This document shows, one piece after another, positions 32,791 to 46,229 of a DNA stretch of 47,055 nt; the stretch's first letter is position 1; each line of letters begins with the position of its first letter. The notes beneath the pieces were generated by a model. It saw only the letters and a list, made by a program, of their open reading frames with translations, was not told the DNA's origin and made no database searches. The translations under genes and the position numbers were made by a program. Origin of the DNA: Octopus bimaculoides (Eukaryota); NCBI RefSeq assembly GCF_001194135.2, contig NC_068996.1, positions 57,211,776 through 57,258,830 of the forward strand, given 5' to 3'.

Positions 32791-34598
32791 NNNNNNNNNN
32801 NNNNNNNNNNNNNNNNNNNNNNNNNNNNNNNNNNNNNNNNNNNNNNNNNNNNNNNNNNNNNNNNNNNNNNNNNNNNNNNNNNNNNNNNNNNNNNNNNNNN
32901 NNNNNNNNNNNNNNNNNNNNNNNNNNNNNNNNNNNNNNNNNNNNNNNNNNNNNNNNNNNNNNNNNNNNATATATATATATATACAGATAGATAGACAGAC
33001 AGACAGACAGACAGGCACGTGTACATGCACACAAATATATAGTCATAAATATAAATTGTCTGTGTGCACATAGACAGAGGACAATATATATTTGCATAAT
33101 AACTATAAAGTAAAATGTATGTACACATACATGTAAATGTATATATACACATACATATATATTATAAATAACTGTATAAATAACTATATATATATACTAC
33201 ATATATATATGTATGTATATGTGTATATATTTACATATATATATATATATATATAGGCACACTACATATATATGTGTACATATTGTTTGTTTTTATGTTG
33301 TTAGAATATGTGTATACATACATATATATGATATATTTATATATGTGTATATATGATGGATATATATGCATGTGTTTGTAAAATATATACATATAAATGA
33401 ATGTATAATGTGCGCTTACATATGTTTTAAGTATTTATACACACACACATACACATACATACACACACACACATACATACACACACACACACACATGACA
33501 CATGTGCATAAAAATTCCTAAACATAGAACATATTTGTCCAATACATATGAAGAAATACCTTCTCCCCAGGTCATATACATTGGTGAATACCTTTCCACC
33601 AGGTCATGTAGACGCTAACCCTAACCCTCCTTCCACAGACTTCTGTGATTTATTAGGCAGGTCATCTCCAATGCTATCAAAATGTGATTCACTGTCTCCT
33701 TTGTTTGCATGAGCAACAGAGCAAGGAATTCCTCTTAAAATTTGATTTTGGTTACAAATTGAACAGAAACTGATGAGTTGGCTTCAGTTTGCGTTATTAA
33801 ATATCTCCCTCCCCCATCTCTCTCTCTCTGTTTCTTATTTTTTTTTTGTTCTTTTCTGCTGGAGAATGTAACATTTATTGCATAGTTTTCTGGGTGAGTC
33901 ACAATATCAAAATCCTATTTGTAACTTTGGACAATTTAAAGATGCCTCTTTAGCTCTCTGTATCACTTGTTACACATTTTGCTTGCTGTGTCTTTGTCCC
34001 ATTATGTTCCATGTGTAAAAATCTCATAAGCAGAATTCGGTGCCTGTTGCGTTCATTGCGTTTATTGCCCAAAAGACTAACACATTTATTAACAGCAGGG
34101 AGCACAATAGTTTAATATCAACAGGATTGCCTTCTTTAAAACCATATGCAAAAGAGGAAATACATAAGGAACTCAATACTAAATAATCAAAGACATTCTA
34201 GGAATTCTGGTTGGTTTGACGGGGGAAGTAATTAAATATTTAGTTGCACCAGACGCACTGGAATAAATAACATCTTGATAAGCCAAGTTCAAACTTTAAA
34301 GGCTAAGGACTGTGCATATGGCACATATGTCTCTCCGGAACTAGTAATATAAGTTGTGCTATCTAGGTGGCAACATTGGCACTAATGTAGATAGAGACAT
34401 TGAGATAAACTGACAGACATTGACCTATTGAAATTCTAGATCAACAACAAACACATCAGTGTCACATCATTCATGTCTGTTTTCTAAGTTCTGTTGCCAG
34501 ATATACATACACACATACATATATACATACATACATACATACATACATACATACACACATACATACATATATACATACATACATACATAAATACATAC

Positions 34599-34629
<31 letters not shown>

Positions 34630-34792
34630 CGTACATACATACATACGTACACATATCTATGCATGTATGTATATATATATATATTTATTTATTTACTTTT
34701 ATGATATCTAATCTTCTATACTTGCAAAAACAGATACTGTTGCGTATAAAAATATATACCTCAGAAAACAAGCCAGACATATGTGTTTGTGC

Positions 34793-34831
<39 letters not shown>

Positions 34832-34832
34832 C

Positions 34833-34922
<90 letters not shown>

Positions 34923-35015
34923 CGGTGTATATAGGATACATGTATATATAAGTAAACATATATGAATTTATATTTATATACACACACACACATATTATAT
35001 ATATGTGACTTTATA

Positions 35016-36424
35016 GGTGCAGGCATTGATGAGCGGTAAGAAGCTTGCTCCCCAACCACATAGTTCCCTGTTCAGTCCCACTGCATGGTACCTTGGGCAA
35101 GTTTCTTCTACTGTACCCTCAGAGCAATCAAAGCCTTGTGAGTGAATTCGGTAGACAGAAACTGAAAGAAGCCTGTCATATCATCATCATCATTTAACGT
35201 CCGTTTTCCATGCTGGCATGGATTAGAGGGTCTGACTGGAACTGGTAAGCTGGGGAGCTGCACCAGGTTTCACTCTGATTTGGAATGGTTTCTACACCTG
35301 GATGCCCTTCCTAACACCAACCACTCCAGGAATGTAGTGGGTACTTTTTACATGCCACCAGCACAGAGGGCCAGTTACGAAACACTGGCATCGGCCATGA
35401 CTATAATCTCAAATGGTGTGACAGATCTTCTCTAGCACAATATATTGCCGAAGGTCTCGGTTACATGTCACAGTCTCCATGAGGCCCAACATTCGAAGGA
35501 TGCTTTTTACATGCCACTAGAACAGGTGCCTGGTATGCAACACTGGCATCAGCCATGGCTATGATTCCACTTGGCTTGACAGGTCTTCTCAAGCACAGCA
35601 TATCACCCAAAATTTGAAGGGTACTTTTTATGTGCCACCAGCACGAGCGATAGTCACACAACACTGGCATCAGCTATGACTGTGATTTCACTTGACATAC
35701 AGTCTGTCTTTCACTCTGAGAGAGAGAGAGGCCCTTTGTTACTAACAGAGATAGGAGCTCTTTGAACTTTGCCCAGCTTATTCTTATTCTAGCAGCTATG
35801 CTCTCAGAGCATCCACCTCCGCTACTGATTTAGTCACCTAGGTACCAGAAGCCATCAATTACTTCTAGTTTTTCTCCTTGGCATTTGAAGGAGTCTATTT
35901 TCTGCACATTTTTAGTGTTAATTGTACGTGTGCACCTTCCACACACAAAAACTGTTTTCTCTGTTAACCTACCGCTGATATTGCTGCACCTCTTATGCGT
36001 CCATAGCTTACACAGGGTACATCTAATGGAGTTTCTACCTATGCCTTTTCTACAGGTCGAGCAGGGCCATCTACCTGAAGGGGTTTGTGATTTGTTTTCT
36101 TTCTTACTTACTAAGACTTTGGTTTTTGTTAGGTCAACTATAAGGCACTTCAAATCTAGGCCTTGCTTCCATACCTGGAATTTATCCTCTAGTTCTGGTA
36201 GTGATTCAGCTATAAGAGCAAGGTCATCAGTAGGAAAAGGTCATATAATATGCATGTATATGTGTGTGGGTGGGTGTCTTTTTATCTGTGTTTGACCACC
36301 ACTTGACAACCCATAACTTAGCAGTTCAGCAACAGAGACCGATAGAATAAGTACTAGACTTAAGAAATAAGTTGTGTGGTCAATTTGCATCGCCACAATC
36401 AAACAGACAAGTAAAAGATGAAAG

Positions 36425-36425
<1 letters not shown>
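35016..36425 (+). mobile_element. SINE-A split into 35016-35181 and 36240-36425 by an RTE insertion
   Basis: The head (ggtgcagg...gttcagtcccactgc...gaaagaagcctgtcatat) and 3' half (cataacttagcagttcagcaa..gaccgatagaataagtact...acaagtaaaaga) are colinear with the 44921 copy. Confidence 0.85.
35182..36239 (-). mobile_element. 5'-truncated, internally deleted RTE LINE with TSD GTCATAT
   Basis: Starts at the (Y)ADD region (PTDDLALIAES), encodes KTK, a full PHD and FWYLGD, then three UTR modules and a (GAT)n tail. TSD at 35175-35181 and 36240-36246. Confidence 0.92.
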
Positions 36426-36511
<86 letters not shown>

Positions 36512-36592
36512 AGAGAGCAAAAGAGATAAACAAACACAAAATCAAACACATGTATCTGTATTTATACGTATTTATATATTCATATATATATA

Positions 36593-36643
<51 letters not shown>

Positions 36644-37168
36644 GTATGTATAAGTTGAATTTAAAGTTAAAGAATTAAGGTTTCGAAAGTAGGCATTAAA
36701 AACAGTATCCAAACCTTGTTTCAGGCTAAGTCCAAAGCAGTGTGTCTGCAGAGCACATTCACCACTTATGGTTATCAGGCATCAATCAGCAATACTTTGC
36801 ATTCATCATTGGATCCACGTCTGGAAATTCCAGGGTGCACGTAGTGTATATTTTAAAGATTAATGGAGAAGACAGAGTACAACAAAAAGCATTTATTAGC
36901 ACAACAATTGTTTCGGCTTCATATTGCACTGCTCCTTCATGGGCGTGGAACAATGCAATAACATTAAATGTTAAATGCACAGTGCAAAAGAACCACTTCG
37001 GGTGGCATAATATGCTTATGAGTTCACAGATTTGCATTTCAATTTCACTTTGGGGTAAATGGTGTTATTGCATTGCTCCATGTTCACAAGCGAACAGTGC
37101 AGCTTGAAGTGATTGCACAGCAACGTGAGAGATGGCCAGGTATGGATTACATGTCTGTGTATATGTTG

Positions 37169-37345
37169 TCATCATCATCATTATCATTTAACATTCACTC
37201 TCTGTGTTGATCTGGGGTTGGGCAGGATCCAATCAGTTAGAATACATTAAGTTCTAAGGTTTGCTTTGGCATGGTTCCTAAGCATTGATGCCCTCCCTAA
37301 CATTAACCGTTTCAAAGTGTTCACAGTTTGCCATTTTCATGGCAT
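37169..37345 (-). mobile_element. RTE-type 3' tail, old
   Basis: catcatcatcattatcatttaacatt...gatgccctccctaacattaacc. Confidence 0.55.
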
Positions 37346-37900
37346 TGGCACGAGTGCAGTCATCTTGCAACCTACAAGACTAAAAAGCCTGAAGACGCCC
37401 ATATAATTGAAGGAAAGAAATGGGCAGATAGACAAACAGATAGATAATTTTAAGACAAAATAAAATATGATGAGAGGAACAGATTTACAACTGTGAAAGG
37501 ACAGTAAGGGAGAAAGTGGTAGCGGTGGGATACAGACATAATAAGAGAAAGGTAAGGGGTTAATGAAAAAGGGAGGTGGATAGTGTGGTAAGGAGATGGG
37601 GTGGATTGAGGGGGTGGGAATAATGGCAGAACTATTTTACATTATGAAAGTAAGTATGGGTGGAAGGTGTGAGAAGGGAATATAAAAGAGAAAATAGCAG
37701 AGGGTGCCAAATGTCCAAAGACAGTCGTTGAGGAAAGGTAGGTGTGGGGTGTGAAAGTTATGGGAGACAAGGTGAGATGAGACAGTGTTGAGATGGTAAA
37801 AAAAAGCTTGTTGAAGAGGACAGTGAGAGAAAAAGCGGCAAAGAAGAGGTGATGTCTAGGAGTGAGCAAGCAAATGCTAAATAAATATATATATATATAC

Positions 37901-38166
37901 CGTTGCCAGTACCGCCTGACTGGCTCTTGTGCGGGTGGCACATAAAAGACACCATTTCGAGCGTGGCCGTTTTCGTGCAGGTGACATGTAAAAGCACCCA
38001 CTACACTCTCTGAGTGGTTGGCGTTAGGAAGGGCATCCAGCTGTAGAAACTCTGCCAAATCAGATTGGAGCCTGGTGTAGCCATCTGGTTCACCAGTCCG
38101 CAGTCAAATCATCCAACCCATGCTAGCATGGAAAGCGGACGTTAAACGATGATGATGATGATGATG
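37901..38166 (+). mobile_element. Young 5'-truncated RTE 3' end with (GAT)n tail
   Basis: Close to the 31443 tail, retains many CpGs, and is flanked by aaatatatata on both sides (probable TSD). Confidence 0.9.
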
Positions 38167-38404
38167 AAATATATATAGCAAATAAGTAACAAGGATGTCC
38201 AGGTATCAGTGCATTATGGCCATTTCAAGCGGCTCCATTTAATCGATCAATGCAAACATTACATCAATTGGAAATAAACTGCTCACCTTGGAGCAGCCAA
38301 CCATAGAGATATAACAAAGAATAAACCATTTTTTTAGATCAGCTTACATCAGTACTAGCAACCCAATATAATTAAGTATCTAATTCAACTGAATCTCAAT
38401 TATA

Positions 38405-38459
<55 letters not shown>

Positions 38460-38851
38460 NNNNNNNNNNNNNNNNNNNNNNNNNNNNNNNNNNNNNNNNN
38501 NNNNNNNNNNNNNNNNNNNNNNNNNNNNNNNNNNNNNNNNNNNNNNNNNNNNNNNNNNNNNNNNNNNNNNNNNNNNNNNNNNNNNNNNNNNNNNNNNNNN
38601 NNNNNNNNNNNNNNNNNNNNNNNNNNNNNNNNNNNNNNNNNNNNNNNNNNNNNNNNNNNNNNNNNNNNNNNNNNNNNNNNNNNNNNNNNNNNNNNNNNNN
38701 NNNNNNNNNNNNNNNNNNNNNNNNNNNNNNNNNNNNNNNNNNNNNNNNNNNNNNNNNNNNNNNNNNNNNNNNNNNNNNNNNNNNNNNNNNNNNNNNNNNN
38801 NNNNNNNNNNNNNNNNNNNNNNNNNNNNNNNNNNNNNNNNNNNNNNNNNNN

Positions 38852-38908
<57 letters not shown>

Positions 38909-39476
38909 CTATGTGAGTAATTCTACACATATAATACAGACATACATAAACACATACCTACACACATACACACATTGGTAAAATGTTCATGTCCATACTT
39001 CAATATGTCATTCTACTCTTATTAGAAATCTCTTAGCCTACCTTAACAGCCACTCTGAAATTGTATTTAAGGGCACTGTTTTTATGCTTATAACTAAATC
39101 AGGGATTGGTTTGAATGTTTGACATATTTTTCTCTATTTGTTCTGGTACACAAATTACTGACATTTCAACAGTGTTAATTTTTCATACTCTATGATGGAG
39201 TATACCCAAAGATTTCCTCTGCATACACAAATTCATTAAATTTATCAAACAGGCTGTCATAGACATCTTTCATGTAATGACTGTGATGTTTTATAAACAT
39301 GACATATATGTGCACGTATATAATCAATCAACTTCATTTTATTGTCCACTCATCCAGGTTTTGCATTAGCAGGATGGAATTTATTGACAGATTTTTGACA
39401 GCCAGATGCCCTCCCATCAGCATCTCACTGTGTGATTCAGCATACACTTCTAGACATATATATGTTTATGTGTGTG

Positions 39477-39510
<34 letters not shown>

Positions 39511-39560
39511 CACACATATACATCATCATCATCAACATGTGAGAGTGTGTGTGTGCGTGC

Positions 39561-39591
<31 letters not shown>

Positions 39592-40736
39592 CATACAGAT
39601 TGATTGATTGATTTACGTATGTATATGTGATATACCCATCCATCCATCCATCCTTCCTTCCTTCCTTCCTTCTTCTGCTAAATTCAGTTTTTAAAATTAG
39701 TTATTATTTTGTATTATTGTAAATGAGATTATCAAAACATTTTTTTTTCTTTTCTTTATGTACATTTACTGGTCACCACTTCTGCACTTTATCAGTATAT
39801 TGTTTGAAGTCGTCATCCACACAACACCACACAATGTCACAAAAGTAAGGCATAAGAATTTCAATAGCTTGAAGCAAGTTACATGGTAAAACTGCAAGGA
39901 ATATTGTTATCTATTGCTTTAAACAATAAAAGAACATTACATATACTTCATGACGCCAGCAAACAGTGCATCTCATATACACACAACAACAAAAAAAAGG
40001 TGCTGAAGAAGAAAACAGTCAACTGTTATGAAATTTGATTGGAAACAAGGACACATTTCTAAAGTGAAGCATATTTTAATGATAAATGTCAAAACCTAAT
40101 TACATGAAGAAAATATCATTAACGAGAAAGCATAAAAAGAAAAGATCAGCAATCTACTCTCAGTGAAGCTAAGGTTAAAAACATTCTTACCTTTTAGTGA
40201 AAGAGCAATTACATGAGTGTTTGTATGTACATATTTGTGTGTGTCTGTGTGTGTGTGTGTACATACACAGAAAAATATTACATGCATGCTTATATATGTA
40301 TGAATATATACTTGCATATGTATATATACACATATATGCAGTATATGTATGTGTGTGTACAGAAATATGTAAAATTCTATAAATATAAATATGTATGTAT
40401 ACACACGCGCACACACACAAACACACATACACAAATATACACATTAATATATAACTATACATATCTATATAACAATATAGGCATATAAAATATTATACAT
40501 TTTAGAGTTACATATCTGCACACACATTTATAATATTTATATATACTTAAAACACATGACTATATGTGTATGCATAGATGTGTGTGCTTAGATATGCATA
40601 TAATGTGTTAATAATTTATGTACATCACAATGTGAAATAAATAAATGAATAAATATATTTACATGAACCAAATAAAAGTAAACAAAATTATAAAAAGTGA
40701 AATAAAAACCTATTAACTTTATCTAACTCTTGTTAG

Positions 40737-40787
40737 GTTTCCGACAGTTCATCTCATACAGGCACAAACTGTAATCATCTGACAACA
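40737..40787 (+). CDS. Candidate 51-nt exon of an unknown gene
   Basis: Branch-like ctaac, acceptor tcttgttag, donor aca|gtaagc. Phase-0 frame is open (VSDSSSHTGTNCNHLTT). No homolog recognised. Confidence 0.25.
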
Positions 40788-41062
40788 GTAAGCATCAGCA
40801 GATGTTTGTATGTGTGTACGTGTAGATAGTTATACTTACACACACACACACACAGAGTGTGTATACTGTCAAATGTTTACAATATAACTATTCTGCACTT
40901 TAAATTCTGACTTAGCTGAGGTGGAAATTCAAGGGACTCAATAAGCCATTCTCATCATTTTTTTTTATAAACTATACAAGAGAAATAACAGTATATTTCA
41001 TTACTATGCACAAATTTTAGCACCAATAAATGTTCATGTGTGTGGGTGTGTGCGTGTGTATT

Positions 41063-41480
41063 TCATCATCATCATCATTTACCATATTCCATGCTGGCAT
41101 GGATTGGATAGTTTGTCAGCGTCCAGCAAGCTGCAGGGTTGTGCTGAGTCCCGGTGTCAGCTTCAGCATCATTTCTATGGCTGGATGCCCTTCCTAAATT
41201 CGACCACTTCACAAAGTGTATTGGATACTTTTTTCCCTGTGACTGGCACTAATGGTGTTTCCAGAGGACATAAAAGAACAGAGAAAAGGGAAAAGAAAAA
41301 AAAGCTCCTGCTTCTGAGTGAGGATAATTGAGAGGACAGGGATGGCTTCATGTCAGGTATTGAGAGACAGAGGGAAAAGCACAGGTGTCTTGCTATAGAG
41401 GAATGTCAAGGTACAGGAAAGTGAGCAGGATATGGACAGTGGGTTAGGGAAGGGGAGGAGATAGTTAATAGAGATAGGGA
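41063..41480 (-). mobile_element. Repeat with RTE-type tail
   Basis: (cat)n, ttccatgctggcatgg, ggatgcccttcctaa, followed by a purine-rich body. Confidence 0.6.
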
Positions 41481-41744
41481 GTGGGTGTATCACCAATATC
41501 ATCATAACTTCAACATCCACTTTTCCATGCTTGCATGAGTTGGATAGAATGTATTGAGGTAGCTTTCTCACCACTGGATATCCTTCTTGTCAAGAACTCT
41601 CACACAGGCAAGATGATCAGATATGTTTCACAAAAGACTGGAAATGAACACGATCACTTGTAATGACTGTGACGCCCACTCATAACCATCATGTGATATC
41701 CAGATGCAATGACAACCATCATGTGATGTGTGCACATACACACA

Positions 41745-41870
41745 TATGACATGTTTCTTTCAGTTTTTGTTTACCAAATCTATTCACCAGGCATTGGTCA
41801 TCTCAGGACTAAAATAGAAGATGCTTGTCTAGGGTATCATGCAATGGGACTATACCAGAAATCACACAGT
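41745..41870 (-). mobile_element. SINE-A head fragment
   Basis: tttctttcagttttt...ccaaatctattcac...atagaagatgcttg...atgggact. Confidence 0.5.
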
Positions 41871-42299
41871 TTTTGAAGTATATCAGGCACAACTTCTTAG
41901 CATAATATAAAATACATACATGTATGCATACAGATACTAACAGACTGACTGGGAAAATACAATATTATTTTTAAACCTTTGTCTGAAGAATTACGGATAG
42001 GAGATTCTATACATGTCCCTTCGACATGCATACCTCTGTGACTCCATTTCTGAAGTGAAACACATGTAAAATGGAATTAAAAGTGTACCAAACACTTCCG
42101 GTCTTCTGTTTTCATGGGTAATTACTCTGCAAACAGAATTCACCAGAAATTTCAAATGCTATGTGTATCTCATTTCAAATAAAATGTCTAAATACATACA
42201 TTTGATTACTAGAACGTGCATATGTGTTTCACAAGGACACAGCTTGGATCATAGCCCTATCTATACACTATATACACACATACATAAATCTGTATGCAA

Positions 42300-42455
42300 A
42301 CACATTGTTGCATGGTTAAGAAGCTAGCTTCCCAGCCATGTAGTTTTAGGTTCAGTCCTATTGCACAGCATCTTGGACAAGTGTTTTCTATTTTTGTCCT
42401 GGGCCAACCAAATCCTTGTGAGTGGATTTGGTCAACAGAAACTGAAAGAAGATCA
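42300..42455 (+). mobile_element. SINE-A 5' half
   Basis: ggttaagaagctagcttcccagcca...ggttcagtcc...ccttgtgagtggatttgg...gaaactgaaagaag. Confidence 0.65.
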
Positions 42456-43639
42456 TTATGAATAGATTGGCAAGATTGTAGAAGAAGAGTGGGAGAAGTG
42501 AGAAGTGTAGTGAGGGGACACAAATAGAGGGAAACGTTGTTAGGAGATATGTTGTGAGGAAGAGATTCAACAAGGACATATTGTGTGCATGTAAGTCCAC
42601 AAGGGTGCATACAGTGAGTGGGAGGTAGAGAGGAGGGGAATAGAGTGAGGGGTGAATTGAGTGGGGGATGGAGGTGTTAGGAAGATGGGTTGAAGGGGAG
42701 AAGTTTGTCAAAGACAAACTGTGTGCAGTAGGACGCGTGGGGAGCATGGACTTAAAGGACATGCCCATACAGTCTTCATTTTACTTTGCTGGATCACCAA
42801 TTAGTTCAGTCTTTTGTCAGATAGATATAGATGTGTGTGTGTGTGTGTCCTTATCTTTATATCACATGATGGTTATAAACAAGCTTTATCTTATACAAAT
42901 GAGGTGTTTAGTAAAACACAGGTAAAGTTTTGCAACTTTCAGAATGTGATATCTTGGCAAGGAATGAAGTTAGGAAGCTGGTTTTGGTCTTAAAATGACG
43001 GTGAAGAACTCCTCGAATCATTCCATTTATGTAAAATTATCTATTTATGTATGCATCTGAAAGATGAAACAATGACTGTATCTTCCTCATTTTGTAGAAT
43101 ATACCGGTACTACCAAATGGTATGCTGCATTGCATATTTTAGCTATAATACCTAGGAAAAAAAACATACAGAGATCCTCCTAGAGGCATTGTTTGTGTTT
43201 TAATATACCAATGCAAGTATCTTTATGAGGTAAGTAAGACAAGATAGTAAGATAATAGCTCGTTATTGTTACAATGGTAACGAGGAATATTAGAAAATGA
43301 GCCATAACACCTTGAAAAACAATACAGGGGTCATACCAAAGTTATTGATTGAGCATGTGTGTTTACGATGGTGCTAAACTGTCTGGTCCAAGTTTGGGTG
43401 AGTGAGTGTCGTGTCAATAGCATCGAGGTACAATTTTTTCAGTCGGATTTTTGACCTTATTGTAAGCCTCACCAGTACTTCCTCCCAAATTTTTCGGATT
43501 CTAGACATCAAGACAAAGAAAATGATATACTAACTTCAAAAATGACCTGGCAGGCACTTATGACAACCTGTTATTAAACACTTCAAATAATGTTGGTCAG
43601 TTCCAGTGTTTCTTGTGGCTGTTTGGAAACAAGTGACAA

Positions 43640-43776
43640 TTGGTAATAGGAAAGGTATCCCAATGTAAAAATTTGTCTCATCAGACTCATGCAAGCATGG
43701 AAAAGTGGATGTTAAATGGTGGTGGTGGTGGTGGTTGTGGTGATGGTGGTGGTGGTGGTGGTGGTGGTGGTGGTGG
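43640..43776 (+). mobile_element. RTE-type 3' tip with a (GGT)n-converted tail
   Basis: aggaaaggtatcc...catgcaagcatggaaaagtggatgttaaat followed by (ggt)n. Confidence 0.5.
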
Positions 43777-44824
43777 CTGCGGCAGGCTTGTATTTGTACA
43801 TGTACATAAGTATGTGTGTATGCATGAAGATAACTGAATGCCTACACAAATATTAAACATCACTTATGAAATCCCTATACACAAAAGCCTTTAGATTTTC
43901 TCCAATATAAAAAAAATGGCTGTTTTAAAAGAAATTCATAGAATAAAACAAACATGAGTCAAAAGTGGACGTACAAATAATTTAGTAGACCAAACTATGA
44001 AACAATAGGTTAACAAATTCTACAAAGTAAAATCAACAGTAAAAACAAACAAGTGATATCATAAAGTATGACATGAACCAAATGCACTGTGGCTATAGAA
44101 TAAATGAGAAACAAAAATGCATCAAACGGGCCACAGCATGAGTTACACCCAATCGCAAACTGGTGCCATTAATAATATATTACATAAAAAAACAAAAATC
44201 CCATTGCAACGACATTAAAAGAATCGACAATAACAACAAAACACAAGGATTGGAGTGAGGGGGTTGTTTGATTTTTGTTTGTTTTTGTTTTTGCAAGTGA
44301 CTGAATAAACTAGATGACTAATAATACAATATAGAAATTTATATGCAAATATCGAGTGTTGAAAACTTTGTGACATATTTCCTGGCTGCCTGACCATTGT
44401 ATATATATAACAAGGAACCATAGGAACTAAACATTCCAACACGTCACATTACACAACAGAAAACAAAGCCGAGGGGAGAAAAAAAGGGTGAAAAATAAAA
44501 AAAGACATTAGTTGGTTTCTATGACAATCTTACAGTGGATAACCTCCTCTGAAAAACTGGTTGATAGTTTGTGATATGGAATAGTAAGTTGAAGATATGT
44601 ATGTTTTGACTGTTGCTTGTTGTTGCTGAAACACTTTACCTGAATCTATGTGGAGACGTGGCATGCACAAATGAAAGAAATAAACATAACAACAGTCAAG
44701 CCATTACGTGATTGTTGAGCAAAACTCTTGAATAGAAATAGACAAAATATTTTCAAGTTCAACAATAGCGAATGAGAAAAGAGAAATAACAGCAATCTGA
44801 GAGTCTGAGAGAACATAAGTATAG

Positions 44825-44829
<5 letters not shown>

Positions 44830-44898
<69 letters not shown>
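44830..44898. repeat. (CT)n microsatellite of about 34 units
   Basis: Directly visible. Confidence 0.98.
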
Positions 44899-44900
<2 letters not shown>

Positions 44901-44920
44901 TTGTTGTACTCTCAATTATA

Positions 44921-45314
44921 GGTGCAGGAGTGGCTGTGTGTTAAGTAGCTTGCTTACCAACCATATGGTTCCGGGGGTTCAGTCCCACTGCGTGACACCT
45001 TGGGCAAGTGTCTTCTACTATAGCCTTGTGAGAGGATTTGGTAGACGGAAACTGAAAGAAGCCTGTCGTATATATGTATATGTATATATATGTGTGTGTG
45101 TGTATGTATGTTTGTGTGTCTGTGTTTGTCACCCCACCATCACTTGACAACTAATGGTGGTGTGTTTACGTCCCCATAACTTAGCGGTTCGGCAAAAAGC
45201 GACCGATAGAATAAGTACTAGGCTTACAAAGAATAAGTCTTGGGGTCGATTTGCTCGACCAAAGGTGATGCTCCAGCATGGCCACAGTCAAATGACTGAA
45301 ACAAGTAAAAGAGT
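44921..45314 (+). mobile_element. Near full-length SINE-A (tRNA-derived head, internal TA/TG microsatellite)
   Basis: A-box-like tggctgtgtg (44931-44940), B-box-like gttcagtcc (44977-44985), internal microsatellite, and 3' gactgaaacaagtaaaagag. Best-preserved copy in the window. Confidence 0.9.
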
Positions 45315-45559
45315 ATATATACATATATATATATATATGGATGGTTCTGTGTCAATTTTAACAATGATTATTCAATTGTTTGATCAACTGAATTACCTGG
45401 TCATGGAATCAACTTGTAAATCTCCAAGTATTCCTACTACACATGATGTACCCTAAATATAATCTTTAGACAGAATTTACATGGCACAGCATGTGCAACA
45501 AAACTACTTTTGTTTGATTACAAGTACAATCTATCTGATAGGCTCCTCTCTAGATTCCA

Positions 45560-45702
45560 TCTACTCAATTTCACTTGTAAAATATGGATTAACCCAAGGC
45601 CATAAAAGACAACATTTGTTCAAGATGCTATGCTTTGAGATTGAACCCAGGACCTCACAGTGGTGAAGTGAACTTCTTCAACTTTCAGCCAACATAGAGA
45701 TA

Positions 45703-45779
<77 letters not shown>

Positions 45780-46035
45780 CCTTTAGACCAGTTCCACTGT
45801 TTGAACCCATAAAAAGTATTGGATTTTGTCATGGAGAAAAAATATTCTTTCTTTAGAAAAAAAAAGGGTGTTGAAATATCATTTTCACCGTAGAGCACCC
45901 TCTCATTGACAAATGGATAGGTTCCTTTCAGTTTTTATCTACTAAATCCACTTGCAAGAGTTTTGTCAGCCTGGAAGGCAAGGTGTCACACAGTGGGATT
46001 GAACCTGTGCCTATGTGATTAAGAAGCAAACTGCT
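45560..46035 (-). mobile_element. Two SINE-A-like head remnants (about 45560-45700 and 45905-46035)
   Basis: gattgaaccc/gattgaacct B-box-like motifs and cctttcagttttt..ctactaaatccac. Confidence 0.5.
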
Positions 46036-46229
46036 CAACCGCACCCTTATGCCTCTGTCTGTTTGATCATTCCATTGGGTCACCATGGCTAGTAGGGGTC
46101 AACATGGCTTTTGTTTTATTTTCCTTTTATTACACTTTTATATTTTCTAAAAACTGGTTAAACATCATGAATTGGTATAAGAGAGGGCTTTAAATAATTT
46201 TAGGTTGTAGCTGTAGGTACAATGGTCTA

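Noticed and set aside
33617-33630. Two CCCTAA-like telomeric hexamers
   Set aside because: Too short to be distinguished from chance.
36725-37139. Unique-looking segment with acceptor ttgtttcag and donor cag|gtatgg, plus a 16-bp inverted repeat (gaacaatgcaataaca / tgttattgcattgctc)
   Set aside because: No frame is open across the segment. An internal 110-nt version has only a weak acceptor, and the inverted repeat is short.
2990-38930. Long ORFs containing X runs
   Set aside because: They span N-gaps (3113-3448, 7832-8064, 15155-15285, 17036-17475, 20975-21312, 25860-26156, 31741-31974, 32791-32968, 38460-38851), so their lengths are artefacts.
44921-45000. tRNA-like A/B boxes here and in other SINE heads
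   Set aside because: No cloverleaf could be built, and they continue into SINE bodies, so they are not tRNA genes.
152-45898. Dozens of ORFs rich in YI/CV/TH/SL/ER dipeptides
   Set aside because: They are translations of (TA)n, (TG)n, (CA)n, (CT)n and (GA)n microsatellites, which lack stop codons in some frames.
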